Part shown: positions 47,127-47,188 of the stretch, in pieces | Layout: each line of letters begins with the position of its first letter | Numbering within the stretch: the stretch's first letter is position 1 | Position numbers and translations under genes: made by a program | Notes under the pieces: model-generated | What the model saw: only the letters and a program-made list of their open reading frames with translations | What the model was told of the DNA's origin: nothing | Database searches by the model: none | Source of the DNA: an uncultured Gammaproteobacteria bacterium | GTDB lineage: Bacteria > Patescibacteriota > Patescibacteriia > UBA9934 | Assembly (NCBI GenBank): GCA_964344415.1 | Contig: CAYFMS010000001.1 | Coordinates: 383,315 to 430,502 of the forward strand | DNA length: 47,188 nucleotides | Direction: 5' to 3'

Positions 47127-47188
47127 AGGCAGGGATCTCTTGTTTTTTCTTCTTACTTTTCTTTAAAGAAAAGTAAGCAAAAGAACGC
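47127..47188 (-). repeat. Second, inverted copy of the ~62-nt palindrome-bearing repeat (cut by the window edge)
   Basis: The reverse complement of 47145-47188 is identical to 7276-7319. The similarity continues through GAGATCCCTGCCT. Confidence 0.85.

Noticed and set aside
7276-47188. The inverted 62-nt repeats considered as terminal inverted repeats of a 40-kb mobile element.
   Set aside because: The interval is full of core genes (uvrABC, dnaB, rplU, tgt, folD) and has no transposase or integrase. The repeat is one module of a multi-copy intergenic flora. Inversion between copies remains possible but is not a mobile-element call.
1-47188. A CRISPR array or other regularly spaced repeats.
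   Set aside because: The repeated modules are irregularly spaced, differ in order and orientation, and never occur as three or more direct repeats with uniform spacers. No cas genes are present.
1-47188. An alternative genetic code (UGA recoding as in some candidate phyla).
   Set aside because: Conserved genes reach their expected lengths and ends with the standard code, and several end in TGA at the homologous C terminus (PAP2, mltG, DUF362).

Overview
This is a 47.2-kb window from a low-GC, tightly packed, streamlined bacterial genome. My hand counts on sampled 60-nt lines give about 37-47% G+C. Gene content, miniaturised proteins and the intergenic repeat flora suggest Candidate Phyla Radiation/Patescibacteria; that placement is inference only.

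The backbone genes are:
- a 5'-truncated giant surface protein, SIMPL, ppa, DUF378, a 711-aa membrane protein and a wHTH/TsaB-like/membrane-protein operon
- Gmad2, truB, tRNA-Gln(CTG) and DUF362 plus a NadM-like gene
- a collinear uvrB-uvrA-(insert)-uvrC set, mraZ-rsmH-ftsL-like, gpmI, nth, PAP2, mltG and tgt
- a membrane-anchored degenerate Clp/Hsp100 ATPase, a WecA/MraY-family transferase, DUF192, rplU and a membrane desaturase
- recR-ybaB-dnaB, a permease and folD

No rRNA, CRISPR array, transposase or integrase was seen.

The main unexplained signal is a set of GC-rich single-gene cassettes: five ORFs plus one 38-codon ORF, with sampled lines at 53-68% G+C.
- They sit between housekeeping genes, and the GC shift coincides with the ORF borders.
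- All six have the same promoter layout (TTGACA, 14 nt, TG, 1 nt, -10 hexamer; TAnnnT in the five large ORFs). Five of six have (A)GGAG(G) 4 nt before ATG, and each large ORF is followed by its own hairpin terminator, as the 38-codon ORF appears to be (34009-34026).
- Most encode exported Cys-bearing or acidic proteins.
- The surrounding native genes mostly lack an SD, and at least eight look leaderless (TATAAT-like hexamer 6-9 nt before ATG).

Other observations:
- a cluster of DnaA-box-like 9-mers plus a dispersed ~30-nt DnaA-box-containing repeat
- a mosaic family of short intergenic repeat modules, one carrying an outward promoter and one supplying a gene's stop codon
- a miniaturised UvrABC set: UvrA without the insertion domain, UvrC without the central and HhH domains
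- a Tgt lacking its three zinc cysteines
- a duplicated tRNA 3' end
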